This document shows, piece by piece, positions 1 through 34,195 of a DNA stretch of 64,000 nucleotides. The notes under the pieces were generated by a model. The model was not told where the DNA came from. It saw nothing but the letters and a program-made list of their open reading frames with translations, and made no database searches. Each line of letters opens with the position of its first letter. Position 1 is the first letter of the stretch. The stretch lies in NCBI GenBank assembly GCA_037447605.1, contig CM074804.1:8223909-8287908 (forward strand), written 5' to 3'. A program made the translations under genes and the position numbers. The DNA comes from Zygnema circumcarinatum SAG 698-1b. Its lineage: Eukaryota > Plantae > Zygnematophyceae.

Positions 1-207
1 TTTCACACACGTACTGAGAGGAAGAAGAGGGAGGGAGGGAGGGAGAGAGGGAAATGCCAACGCATGGGAGAGGGAAGGGCAGAGAGAAGGCAAAGAACAA
101 AGAAGCCATTTTCCCCTTCTATCACTCTATCCCTCCTCTCCCTCCCTCTCCCTCACTCTCCCTCCCAACCACTTCTACTGGCTGCTGCTGCTGCTGTTCG
201 TTCTTTC

Positions 208-783
208 CATCTCCTTACCTTCATCAAATGCTTCCCCATTTCATCATCAAAACGTGAGCTCAGAGTGAGGACTACAATCAAATGCCAATATGTGAAGTGA
301 AAATCCAACCAAACATTCCATCCAAAACCCCAAACTTCTGGACACTAAATGGCATTCATGGAGGAGGGAGCTGCCAGGAAGCAGCAGCAGCAGCAACATT
401 GGAAGCATAGGTTCCATGTAACGCATATGCAGGGACCTCAGTAACGGAACTGTCAACATAGAACACGGAACATGGACCCGTTAAACAGTTGACATTTCCC
501 TTTTCCCCTACTTTTTTTACCTTCTAGAAGGATCCGCCGGGCAGCCCGAAAAGAAATTTCTCTTCTGGTCTAAATTTCCTCCGAAGTCGAAATTTCCATG
601 CGTGGCGGGGGGGCTCTCTTCTTTTTGCCGCAGAGAAAATCTTTTCCTTTCAAAAACCTCCAAATTCCTGAACCCTTTTTTCAAGCCTCGAAAAAAAAAA
701 AAGGACCAAGCAGTGCCAAGGCCCTTACTGCTGCTGCTCTTTCTCACCCAAAAAATGCAAGAAAAAATAAAAAAAATCTTCAA
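208..783 (-). other. Possible 5' end (leader exons and first codons) of a minus-strand gene that leaves the window to the left
   Basis: Donor-like AG/gtaaaa near 520, acceptor ttgacag near 447 and donor AAG/gtaagg near 207. A short MGKHLMK start follows a TGA-TGA-TGA triple stop. I recognise no homology. Confidence 0.25.
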
Positions 784-1590
784 CTCTGAACCCTTGCGCG
801 CTGCAGCCTTTCACCCTAAATTCTTGCCTCTGCAAAAAATCTGAACCCTTCCTGAACCCTAAAAAGGGCCGAGGGAGCGCCCCAGGGCGCAATTAGGGTT
901 TGGCTCCGACCAAAGAGGGGGAGAGAAGGGGAGGGGTGCGGCTTTGAGTGGCTTGGAAAAATGGGGGTAGGGGAGGGTTCGAACCCAAAAAATGGGTATA
1001 GCAAGAAATTTGGACAAACAAATGGGGTATAGAACTGTACGGAGGAGATTTTGGGCGAAAGAAATGAAGTTTTTTTGGGGAATTCGAATCTAAAAAAGGG
1101 GGTATATTTATGTACGAACGCCTCAGATCGTACGGCCAGGATCGGTTTTTGGGGTTTTCTGCCGGCAGCGAAGTCTCGTGGAAATGGGGTAGATTCGATG
1201 TGATGATGTCATGGTGTTGGCGTTTATGGCGGTGATGACGTGGTACTTGTTAGGGAGCCTACATGGAACTGTATGTGACGGTTGCCGGCGACGGCGATTT
1301 ATGTGTTTTCGGCCAGTTACACGAAACGAAACGGAACAGCGTGGTTTTATGGTTGCTGAAAGCGCATGGAGCCAGTAAGAAGCATGCACACATGCAGCCA
1401 CTCAAAATTCCTTGGAACAAAAAATCTCACACCGATTCAAAAAAAAAAGGGTCTATGGATGGGAGAAAAAATGAAAAGAAAGCGATTTTTTTTTACTATT
1501 ATTTTTTTAAGCACTGAATTAAGGCAAAAGTATGACACCAACATCCCAAAATAAGTTCCTTTCTTTTTTTCTTTCTTTCTTCTCTTTCGC

Positions 1591-2030
1591 CTAAAGTTCC
1601 TCAAGGAAAATTTCCTCCACCTCCTGCTGCTTCTCCTCCTCCTCTGCTTCCTCCCTCACTTGCCGCTTGGGCTGAACATAGCAACACCGCTTCATGCCAT
1701 CCAACAAATTGTTCTACAACACAACATTGCTGTGGTTAACAAAGCCAGGGTGGGCAGCCAACCATTTGCCGACATTGGGCTATTGAGCTTTCCTTCACAG
1801 ACGTTTTCAACCCGGATGAACAAGAGCCTCCAGCAGCTGACTCGGCGGCCTCGATCCTGCATGCGCACAGAGGGAAAGCCGCCCCTGCGACCTTTGCAGT
1901 AGAAGCTCTTAGGGCAACTGTACCAACATTATTTGCATGCTAAGCATGTGCCACAACTCCCGCCTAGTTCTCTCTGCTTCAGTTTGACGTCGCTTGACGA
2001 GAAGTTACTTCTGTATGGTATGAGGCACGC
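1591..2030 (-). pseudogene. Decayed PIF/Harbinger-type (Plant_tran/DDE_Tnp_4-like) transposase fragment
   Basis: Minus-strand conceptual translation, with stops and frameshifts: ELGGSCGTC..K*CWYSCPKSFYCKGRRGGFPSVRMQ ... WLAAHPGFVNHSNVVL*NNLL ... acidic tail. This resembles the GSxDxxHxxWxxCP...KGKxGxPT...PGxxND order of Harbinger DDE domains. Judged by eye only. Confidence 0.35.
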
Positions 2031-2106
2031 ACTCTATGGAGTAGGTACACCACTGAGCTCGCAGGGGTGTGGGACTATGCCGGCACGCAACGACGAGAGT
2101 GAGAAG

Positions 2107-2624
2107 TGTTGTAACTCCTTCCATGGATTTACCACCAGCCGTGTCTCCTCCTCCTGAATCTCCTGTCTCAGACATTTCAGACATAAGACAAGCTCAACAG
2201 ATTGAGAAAAGCCCCGCCGGCCCAAAACTCTTGTTTTCAATGAATGAGTACAAGGTATGTAAAGCAGTGCCACACTACTTGTCCCTCCTTGCACTAACCC
2301 ACACATATCCCATAAGCACCTGCCCTGGCTACAGCCAAACGTCTCGGCAAAGCTCTCTGAAAGCGGCTAGATCGATTAAAAGGGGTTTTAGCCGTCAGAA
2401 GGCTGACTCCTATGCGTGGCGATGCGACGCCACACTTCCTGTACATCTATACTGTCCGTACACTTCGTACACCAGGTAAAAGTGGTACGGTACAGTACAG
2501 TACGGCACAGTACGGTATACTCGGACGTTCGTACACATGCGCCTCTAACACTTGCAAGGCGCATCTAACCTCCCTAGAGAGTCTATGTCCCAAAACGTTG
2601 TACAGTCTCTAGTGCTGTACAACA
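2107..2624 (-). mobile_element. Ty1/copia LTR (518 bp), appearing as a solo LTR with 5-bp target-site duplication
   Basis: Termini TGTTGTA...TACAACA form a 7-bp inverted repeat. AGAAG lies on both sides (2102-2106, 2625-2629). The sequence matches 3372-3889. Confidence 0.9.
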
Positions 2625-2866
2625 AGAAGTGGACGGGGCATCGACCTCGCGATGGAACCCACACCGCCATCACTCGTGGTTTGACGCGCGTCAAAAGAAG
2701 GGGAAGGAGAGAAATCCTTTGAGAAGTTAGTTAACTATCCAGGGAGGGGGGGAGGGGGCTGACTGACTAATGGCTAACCAACGGCAGGTGACGTCAGGAA
2801 GCTCTGCGGGAGATGGACGCAACTTGGGACCACGTGGCAGCGCAGGGCCGCACCGCNNNNNNNNNN

Positions 2867-3449
2867 TGGGCAGGCCTCTGAAAAATGCATTGATTTGGTG
2901 ATCCTCATCTAAAACCTTGTCCAGCATAGTGAACTTCTGCATTAGATTGCCAAACCTCATCAAGTAATCTAGTGTTGTCTCATCTGAAGTCATTTTAATG
3001 GTTGCTAATTCATCATATAAATTTGACCTTCCAGTGATGTCAACTAGATCATAAGTGGCCTCTAGTTTCTCCCACATCTCACGAGCAGATTTCAGATGCA
3101 TGAGCATGTGAGCTGGCTTGCCTTTAATACTTGCAGCAAAGAAGTGTCTACATTTGGCATCCTTTTCAGTCCAAGCTTCAAAATCGGCTGCAGGCGCTGT
3201 CTTCTTGTCGAGTGGCTTCATGGTACCATCGACATACGGGAGCAGCTTCCTGGTTTCGAGTAGAGCGGTCATCTCCCATCTCCACTCCTTGTACTCTGTA
3301 CTTGTGCCGCCTCGGAAGATTTGGATGTGGGTCTTCCCACTGTCCTCAGATCCGAAAGCTCTGATACCACTTGTTGTAACTCCTTCCATGGATTTACCAC
3401 CAGCCGTGTCTCCTCCTCCTGAATCTCCTGTCTCAGACATTTCAGACAT
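2867..3449 (-). CDS. gag: Ty1/copia Gag N-terminal part (Retrotran_gag_2/UBN2-like), truncated by an N gap
   Basis: ORF ...YKEWRWEMTALLETRKLLPYVDG...WTEKDAKCRHFFAASI...SAREMWEKLEATY... is a typical copia gag pattern and lies directly downstream of an LTR and PBS. Confidence 0.85.
3358..3369 (-). promoter_or_regulatory. Primer-binding site for tRNA-iMet
   Basis: Minus strand TGGTATCAGAGC, 2 nt after the LTR 3' end CA. Confidence 0.9.
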
Positions 3450-3889
3450 AAGACAAGCTCAACAGATTGAGAAAAGCCCCGCCGGCCCAAAACTCTTGTT
3501 TTCAATGAATGAGTACAAGGTATGTAAAGCAGTGCCACACTACTTGTCCCTCCTTGCACTAACCCACACATATCCCATAAGCACCTGCCCTGGCTACAGC
3601 CAAACGTCTCGGCAAAGCTCTCTGAAAGCGGCTAGATCGATTAAAAGGGGTTTTAGCCGTCAGAAGGCTGACTCCTATGCGTGGCGATGCGACGCCACAC
3701 TTCCTGTACATCTATACTGTCCGTACACTTCGTACACCAGGTAAAAGTGGTACGGTACAGTACAGTACGGCACAGTACGGTATACTCGGACGTTCGTACA
3801 CATGCGCCTCTAACACTTGCAAGGCGCATCTAACCTCCCTAGAGAGTCTATGTCCCAAAACGTTGTACAGTCTCTAGTGCTGTACAACA
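3372..3889 (-). mobile_element. Ty1/copia 5' LTR
   Basis: Matches 2107-2624. Followed on + by the same AGAAG (3890-3894) and the same right flank, and on - by the PBS and gag. Confidence 0.9.
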
Positions 3890-4210
3890 AGAAGTGGACG
3901 GGGCATCGACCTCGCGATGGAACCCACACCGCCATCACTCGTGGTTTGACGCGCGTCAAAAGAAGGGGAAGGAGAGAAATCCTTTGAGAAGTTAGTTAAC
4001 TATCCAGGGAGGGGGGGAGGGGGCTGACTGACTAATGGCTAACCAACGGCAGGTGACGTCAGGAAGCTCTGCGGGAGATGGACGCAACTTGGGACCACGT
4101 GGCAGCGCAGGGCCGCACCGCCGCACGTGCGAGGAGGCGACGGACGGGATTGGGCTTCCTCGGCTGGAGGCGGAGGGAGGGAGAGGGAGAGAGGGAGAGA
4201 GGGTGAAGCG

Positions 4211-6483
<2,273 letters not shown>

Positions 6484-7505
6484 GGAGAGAGAGGGAGAGA
6501 GGGAGAGAAGGAGGGGGGGAGAGGTGGCTAAGGGCAGTGAGAGATGGGAGACGAGGAGCTTCTTAATTACCATTGTCAGGTATATTCAGATACATTTTCT
6601 TGAAGACTTAAAACCTTAAAGGGCTCATTGATTCACTTCCTTTTGCTTTGGTTCACAGAATATGGTTAACTTTGATTAAGTTAAAGCTACAATTGAGAGA
6701 TTGTGATGACTCAAAAACAAATGCACCCAGACCGCGACACAAATGTAAAGATAACTGGAAAACATCTGCACTGCAAAAAGACGAAGAAAGGACTAATATT
6801 TATAGGGTAAGCAAGGCTGCTTAGCCCTAGAAAGGGGACGAGTGTCGTAATGCCAGAAAGCTAAAGCTCAATAAAGCGCTGCACTACCGTTCGGTATTAA
6901 ACTAGTTCGAATGGGGAGGAAGTGGTAATGGGGAGTGGGGAGTGGGGAGAGGGGAGAGGGGTGAGGGGAGCGGGGAGAGGGACGAGTGGAGAGGGGAGAA
7001 GGGAGAAGAGACGGGGGAGAGGGGGAGGGGGAGGGAGAGGGAGAGGAAGGGGGGGAGAGAGAGGGGGAGAAAGAGCGAGAGAGAGAGTTGCGGTACTTCT
7101 CAAAAACAGAAGATTCTACGACCAAATTTGACAATGCTCCTGGCCATATATGCGAGGATAGGCCCATTTTTGCCTCATTGAAAACAACTACATGAAAACT
7201 ACTCACCTACACTTCCGCACGAAAAAGTCCCTTCTAAGGGCTCAGTGTCTCATTTTCTCCCTCCTGCACCGTTCCCCCCACAACCCCAACGGTAATTCGA
7301 ACAACCCCCATAATGAAAAACAAAGGAAACTACCTCGTCCACCACCTACCCCTACAGGCTCCTCCCTTACCTCCTCTATCTTCCTGTCTCGCTCTCTCTC
7401 TTCCTAACGAACCCAGACAAGGGTTAGCTCAAAAGTACAAACCTAAACTCTACCCCTAATAAAGGTTTCAGGTTCAGAGATCCGTTCACCTCCTTGCGTG
7501 TTCTC

Positions 7506-8784
7506 CTACGCCTCGTCATAAGACTTGTGAGGGCCACTGACGCAGCCGACGTCAGCAGGGTCCGTCCTCCCACAACAGTCCCAATAGGTTTCAACTTCGC
7601 CCCATTCTGCGCGAGTCTCCTCCGAGTGGTAGAGGAACTCCCTCCCCACCTTGTGGTAGGAGTAAGACTGCAGGTGCGCAGGGCGTGCAGGGCTGAGAGA
7701 CAGGGGGAGAGAGAGAACGGAAGCGGGGTAGAGAAAGAGAAAGAGAGAGGGAGAGAGAGAGAGAGAGGGGGGGGGGGAGACGCGTGGAATCCCATCATGG
7801 AGCTCCATCATGGCAGGAGCAGGCGGCATGCGGTGGATAGGGAGGGAAACGGTAGCACACTCACCTTCCACTTCCGCTTCACTTCACCTGTGGTGGAAGC
7901 CACATGGAGGAGAGGGATGAGAGATAAGAGGGGAGTAGAGGGAGGGGGGAGAGGGAGGAGGGAGGAGGGAGGAGGGAGGAGGGAGGAGGGAGGANNNNNN
8001 NNNNGGAGGGAGGAGGGAGGAGGGAGGAGGGAGGAGGGAGGATGGGTAAGGGGAATGGGGGAGATGGGAATGGGGAGGATGTTGGAGAGGAGCACGACCA
8101 GGAGGAAGAGGAAGAGAAGAGAGCTGAAGGGTGGAGTTGAGGGACACATTAATCTCATGAGCAAGCTCTCGTGTCAGCTTTGAGAAGCAAAGAAGTGCGT
8201 AATGTTGCATATACAGCTAAACCCACAAGCCAATCAGCTAGAGTTGTGCAAGTAACCCTACCTCCATAGTGCGCAGGGTGGTAGCCGCAGGCTGCTTCGT
8301 GATTGGTGGTGGGGTCAAAGGGTTTCCGGCACTGTTTGCAAGTCTTCACTTCCGCAGAAATTGCAGCATTCGGTCGCCTCCCTCCACTCCTTTGCGAGAC
8401 AAAGCGCAGTGCATGTGGTGCTGCAAAAAAAAAAAAAAAAAACAGAAGATTAAAAAAGATTTAAACTACTAAACTATTTAAACTAGTGCAATGGTCTCCC
8501 ACACTCTCACTCTCTCGCGCTCTCTCTCTCTCTCTTCTCTCTCACACTGTTTATCTCTCTCTCTGTGTTCCCCCGTCCACTACCTCCCCCTCCCGGTCTC
8601 TCTTTTACTCTCCTGTTCCCTCCTCTCCCTCCCTAGCCCACCTATTTCCCTCCTCACACCCATTCGTCGTCCTCTCGATAAAGTAAACGTGCCTGTGAGA
8701 CGCACCCTCTGCACGGAAACCAAGGCGGCGAGCTCCCATCAGACGCCATGGCGGCAGAGTCGAGCTCCCGAGGAGCGCATCCAT
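7506..8784 (-). CDS. Small (140 aa) CHORD-like Cys/His zinc-binding protein with a transit-peptide-like N-terminus
   Basis: Exons 8784-8706, 8420-8262, 7887-7865 (23 nt) and 7667-7506 are all GT-AG and phase-consistent. Product: ...KTCKQCRKPFDPTTNHEAACGYHPAHYGGEVKRKWK...TYWDCCGRTDPADVGCVSGPHKSYDEA, similar to an uncharacterised conserved plant protein. Confidence 0.8.
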
Positions 8785-9863
8785 GGCGAAATCTCGAAAT
8801 CGCCTTCTTCAGTAGCGGAGAAAAACTTCGCCTTTACCCTCTCTTTGCTGCCTGGGCGCTTAGGAGTCACGTCGTGTCACGTTGTGTCACGTCACGTCTC
8901 CTCTGGGGCTCATCCGTGTATACAGCACTGGGGGCGTCGGCAGGTGCTCATAAGCAGCGAAAGGTTTAATGTTTGAGTTAATACTAAAAGAAAAGATAAG
9001 GGAGGATGTGGCAAAGAGATTAAAAGAGTTAGTTGCTTTTGCACTAGATTTAGATTAAACAGTTTTAAAGTTTAAAGTTAGGTTTAAAGTTCATTTTTAG
9101 TTCTGATGCAAGCATATATTTTGAGTTTTTTCCCCTTCTTTTGCCCTTTCGGCAGCCTCCATCCGATCGTATGATACAGGCTTCAGCTCCCCGAGTGGCC
9201 CCTCCTTTCATCGTGAGTCCAATGGCAACTCCGTTTCTTATAGAAATTCGATTGTAATAGGAGGTAACCGTGGGAGAGACTGTACAGAAAGGGAGCTTCA
9301 ATATAAGTAAAGGGATATAGAGTGGAGGTTTCCAGTTTGCACGCTTTCCTCACTTTCAAAATTTTTGAAGGCATTTTTTGAAGGTTTAAAACTTCAGAAC
9401 TGAAGGAAAATAGAAGTAAGTTTTCTTCAGTGTAGATTGTTTCTGCTTGCTTCAACCGTTATAACTATCTGCATCCGTGTTCTGTGGTTGCGTAGAAATT
9501 ATAACAGTAGTACTAAAAGACATCTGTCAAAACTTGCCCAGAAAAATCGTCGACATATTACAGAAACTGATGATAGATGAAAACCAGCGTCACAAGCTTA
9601 AAAGAAATCTTGCCGCCTAAATCCTAAACCCTCAGAACGTGCGTGCTCTATGGCTGTACTTGGGTTTGATAATAACACTTGAAGCAGCTCCTTTAGAAAC
9701 AGACTATATGTACCGCCCTGCTCACTCCCCATCATCACTTTCCGAGTGCTTGAAAGTTCCATTATTGCCAATAATAACAAAAGGAAACTTCCCAGCAAGC
9801 AAGCACACATGGAGGTGTATTGTCCGAGTCGTGCAGCTTCCACGCACTCATCTTTTAGTGCTT

Positions 9864-19970
<10,107 letters not shown>

Positions 19971-20039
19971 AGCTTGAAGGGAGCCTCCTCAAATCCCTAC
20001 TGGAATCTTAAACCCTGTGAGCTCTTCCTGCACACCTGA

Positions 20040-20101
20040 ACCCTGTCCCTAACCCAAATCCCAACCCGAACCCTAATCCTAACCCTAACTGTAACCCTAA
20101 C
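20040..20101 (-). promoter_or_regulatory. Degenerate telomere-like (TTAGGG) telo-box array upstream of PREP
   Basis: ccctaa/cccaaa/cccgaa variants 70-130 bp before the PREP ATG. Confidence 0.55.
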
Positions 20102-20743
20102 TCTGTGTAGAACGGGCGAGAGAGAGGCAAGAGCTTCAAACCTTCTCTTGGAAGAAGGAAGCCCTGTGCGAGCCAAAGAGGGGGGGGACCGTTTTATGGA
20201 GTTGGGGAGGAGGAGAGGGCCCTTCTCCATTGTAAACTTATGGGGGGCCATAATGCAATGGGAAATCGCCACGTGTCACAAGTGTACACGTGACGCGTTT
20301 TCATTGGTTTATGCTGGAGCATTGTGACTTTAACAGTGTGCTCGTGGAACTTTTAGAACGCTCCACGTGGCCTTCGCCTGCCCACAAAACATTTTTATCG
20401 GCCCGCTCGCATAGTGAGGACCCGAAGGGCGATTTATTTTAGATTGGGCAGACTTGAAAACGTCTTCTTGGTCAGTTAAAAAATTACAAATTTATCAAAA
20501 AGGGGGCCTCAACGGTCGATGACCTCCAATTTTTTTTTCTTTTTTCCACTAAAATTTGCTTTTTTCCTCAGCCCGAGGACACAGTTCCACCTTCATTGAA
20601 TTCTTTTTTTTTTTGTTGGAGGAAGTTCACCCGCGTACTTCGACGTGCCAACCTGCCCGAAAAGGTTTGAATCGGACGGCTCCAGGACGTCCACGTCCTC
20701 TTCCCTGATTGGTCCATGTCCTCCAGCCTACGTGGCATAACCT

Positions 20744-20939
20744 GTACTGTACGGCGTTCTCAGGTCGAATTCTGTACCGTATGTACTTTTGTGTACGAAA
20801 ATTTGGCCTTTTAGGTGAAAAGATTTTCATAAGGTACTGTACTATTCGTACATGACACAAGTACGGTCCCTCGACATTCGTACGACCTACCGTTTGAGTG
20901 GGTACAGTACTGTATTGTACGAATTATACCGTACCGTAC
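20744..20939. promoter_or_regulatory. GTAC cluster in the PREP/ECA3 divergent promoter
   Basis: 15 GTAC tetramers counted in about 200 bp. Confidence 0.6.
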
Positions 20940-21392
20940 GGAAATGTTGATGTTGCGGTAGGGACTTCGGTAGGGAGGGAGTGAGACGAAGAGGGAGGAA
21001 AGGGGACGAAGGAGAGAGAGGAGGTGAGGGAATATTAGAGGACGAGGGCGGGAGAGAGTAGAGGAGGAGAGAAAGGAGAGGGAGAGGAAGGAGAGAGAGA
21101 GAGAAGAGAAGAGAGAAAGAGAGAGGAGAGAGAGAAGGGAGGGAAGAAGAGAGAAGTAGTGGAGGGAAGAGAAAGTTGCAGAGGAAAGGGCAGTGAGGGA
21201 TGGAGAGAGACGCCATGAATCAGCGGGAAGGGGCCTGTGAGGGTGGATGAAGGAGGAGGAGAATCCACCTGATAGGCGGAGGCAAGCCGGGCCTTGTGTG
21301 AGAGAACTGAGAGGGAGAGAGGCGGGAGAGCCGGGGCCTAGACCTAGGAGGAGAGGGAGAAGGAGGAGGAGCTGCTCCTGCTTGAGGGAGCC

Positions 21393-32954
<11,562 letters not shown>

Positions 32955-33649
32955 CATAGGCAGGAATAGGGGCTCAAGGGAGACGGAGCTCGCTGAGGTT
33001 TAGGCATTTTTTTTAAGTTTTTTTCTTTTCTATTTTTAAGAATTTAGAGGGGGAAGAGAAGGTGGGTAGTTCGGAGGTTAGCATTGGCAGCAAGCGTCAA
33101 TGTAAATAGCAATTTTTTTTCTTCTTTTTTAAGGCCCTGTGGTTAGTTTTTTCTGCCCAGCCGCATAGGAAGGCTTATTCTTTGCCGCGTGTGTGCGGTG
33201 GAGGAATTTTGAAGCGAACAAAAAAAAAAAAATGTTTGTTGTGTAAAAGCACAGAAGTCAGTCTATTGTGGAAAGCCACTGTTGTTGAGGACATATCGAG
33301 CAAACACATCGTCTAAAAGCCGTGAAACTGTGGAACCCTTGTTTGAAAGTTGTCGTAAAAAGGTGATGTAACGCAGCAGATGGTACAAAGGTGTGGCTGG
33401 AGGGCCCTCTCCCCTACCCGGCTTCAGTCTTAAAGGTCGAAGTCGCGCAGCCAATCAGAGGGGATTGCGCTTTTTTCAGCGGTCCCGGGAGTGCCCCCCC
33501 AGATACGATCACCAGAGCGGACGGCGGAGATTGGTCCTTGGTGTTCAGATCGGGACAAAATGGCCGTACGGGTGTGCTCGACGTGACGGGACGCGCCGTA
33601 AGGGAGCTGCCCCTGATCGGAATCGCGGCGACGGAGGACCAGAAAGAAT

Positions 33650-33870
33650 TTCAGCTTGCCCTGCCGCCGCTCGCCCAATCGAGGACGATTGATTTCCCTG
33701 GGGGGCAGAATAAACCATTTGAATGCTGCCCGGAGCCAAACTTGAGCTGCCCGGCCGACGCTCACCCAATCGCGGACGTTTGCTTCACCGTCGGGGCAGC
33801 CAAAACCATTTCCAATCTGCCCGTGGCCGGACTTCAGCTGCCCGGCCGACGCTCGCCCAATCGCGGACGT
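33650..33870 (+). repeat. Degenerate 91-bp tandem repeat (about 2.5 units), GC-rich
   Basis: The core gctc(g/a)cccaatcg(a/c)ggacg recurs, with cccaatcg at 33674, 33765 and 33856. Confidence 0.7.
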
Positions 33871-33934
33871 CCGCGAAGGGTCGCCGAACACATTCCGGGC
33901 CAAGGGCTGGACGGACCATGAGTTGGATCAACCA

Positions 33935-34195
33935 TTGGAATGGTCGGGATTTGCAAACCGTTGGTTCCCCATCTAGCCAACCATTGGATCCAATGGTGGG
34001 TTGGGGAGGGAATCAATGGTCCAATGGTTGCAGTCATTGGCAATGGCTGGCAGGATAGCTAGACAATGGTTGCAACCATAGGATCCAATGGTTGGGTGTG
34101 GCGGGGGTCAATGGTCGAATGCTTGTGGTTATTGGCAATGGTTGGCAGGGTAGCCAGCCAATGGTTGCAACCATTGGCAATGATTGGGAGGGGCT
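33935..34195. repeat. Array of CCAAT/ATTGG palindromes
   Basis: Perfect palindromes ACCATTGGATCCAATGGT (33980-33997) and GCCAATGGTTGCAACCATTGGC (34157-34178), plus many partial copies. Confidence 0.75.

Noticed and set aside
33650-33870. CRISPR-like repeat-spacer array (91-bp period; also the 15-bp array at 11683)
   Set aside because: The 'spacers' resemble each other, there are under three units and no cas genes, and the context is eukaryotic and intron-rich.
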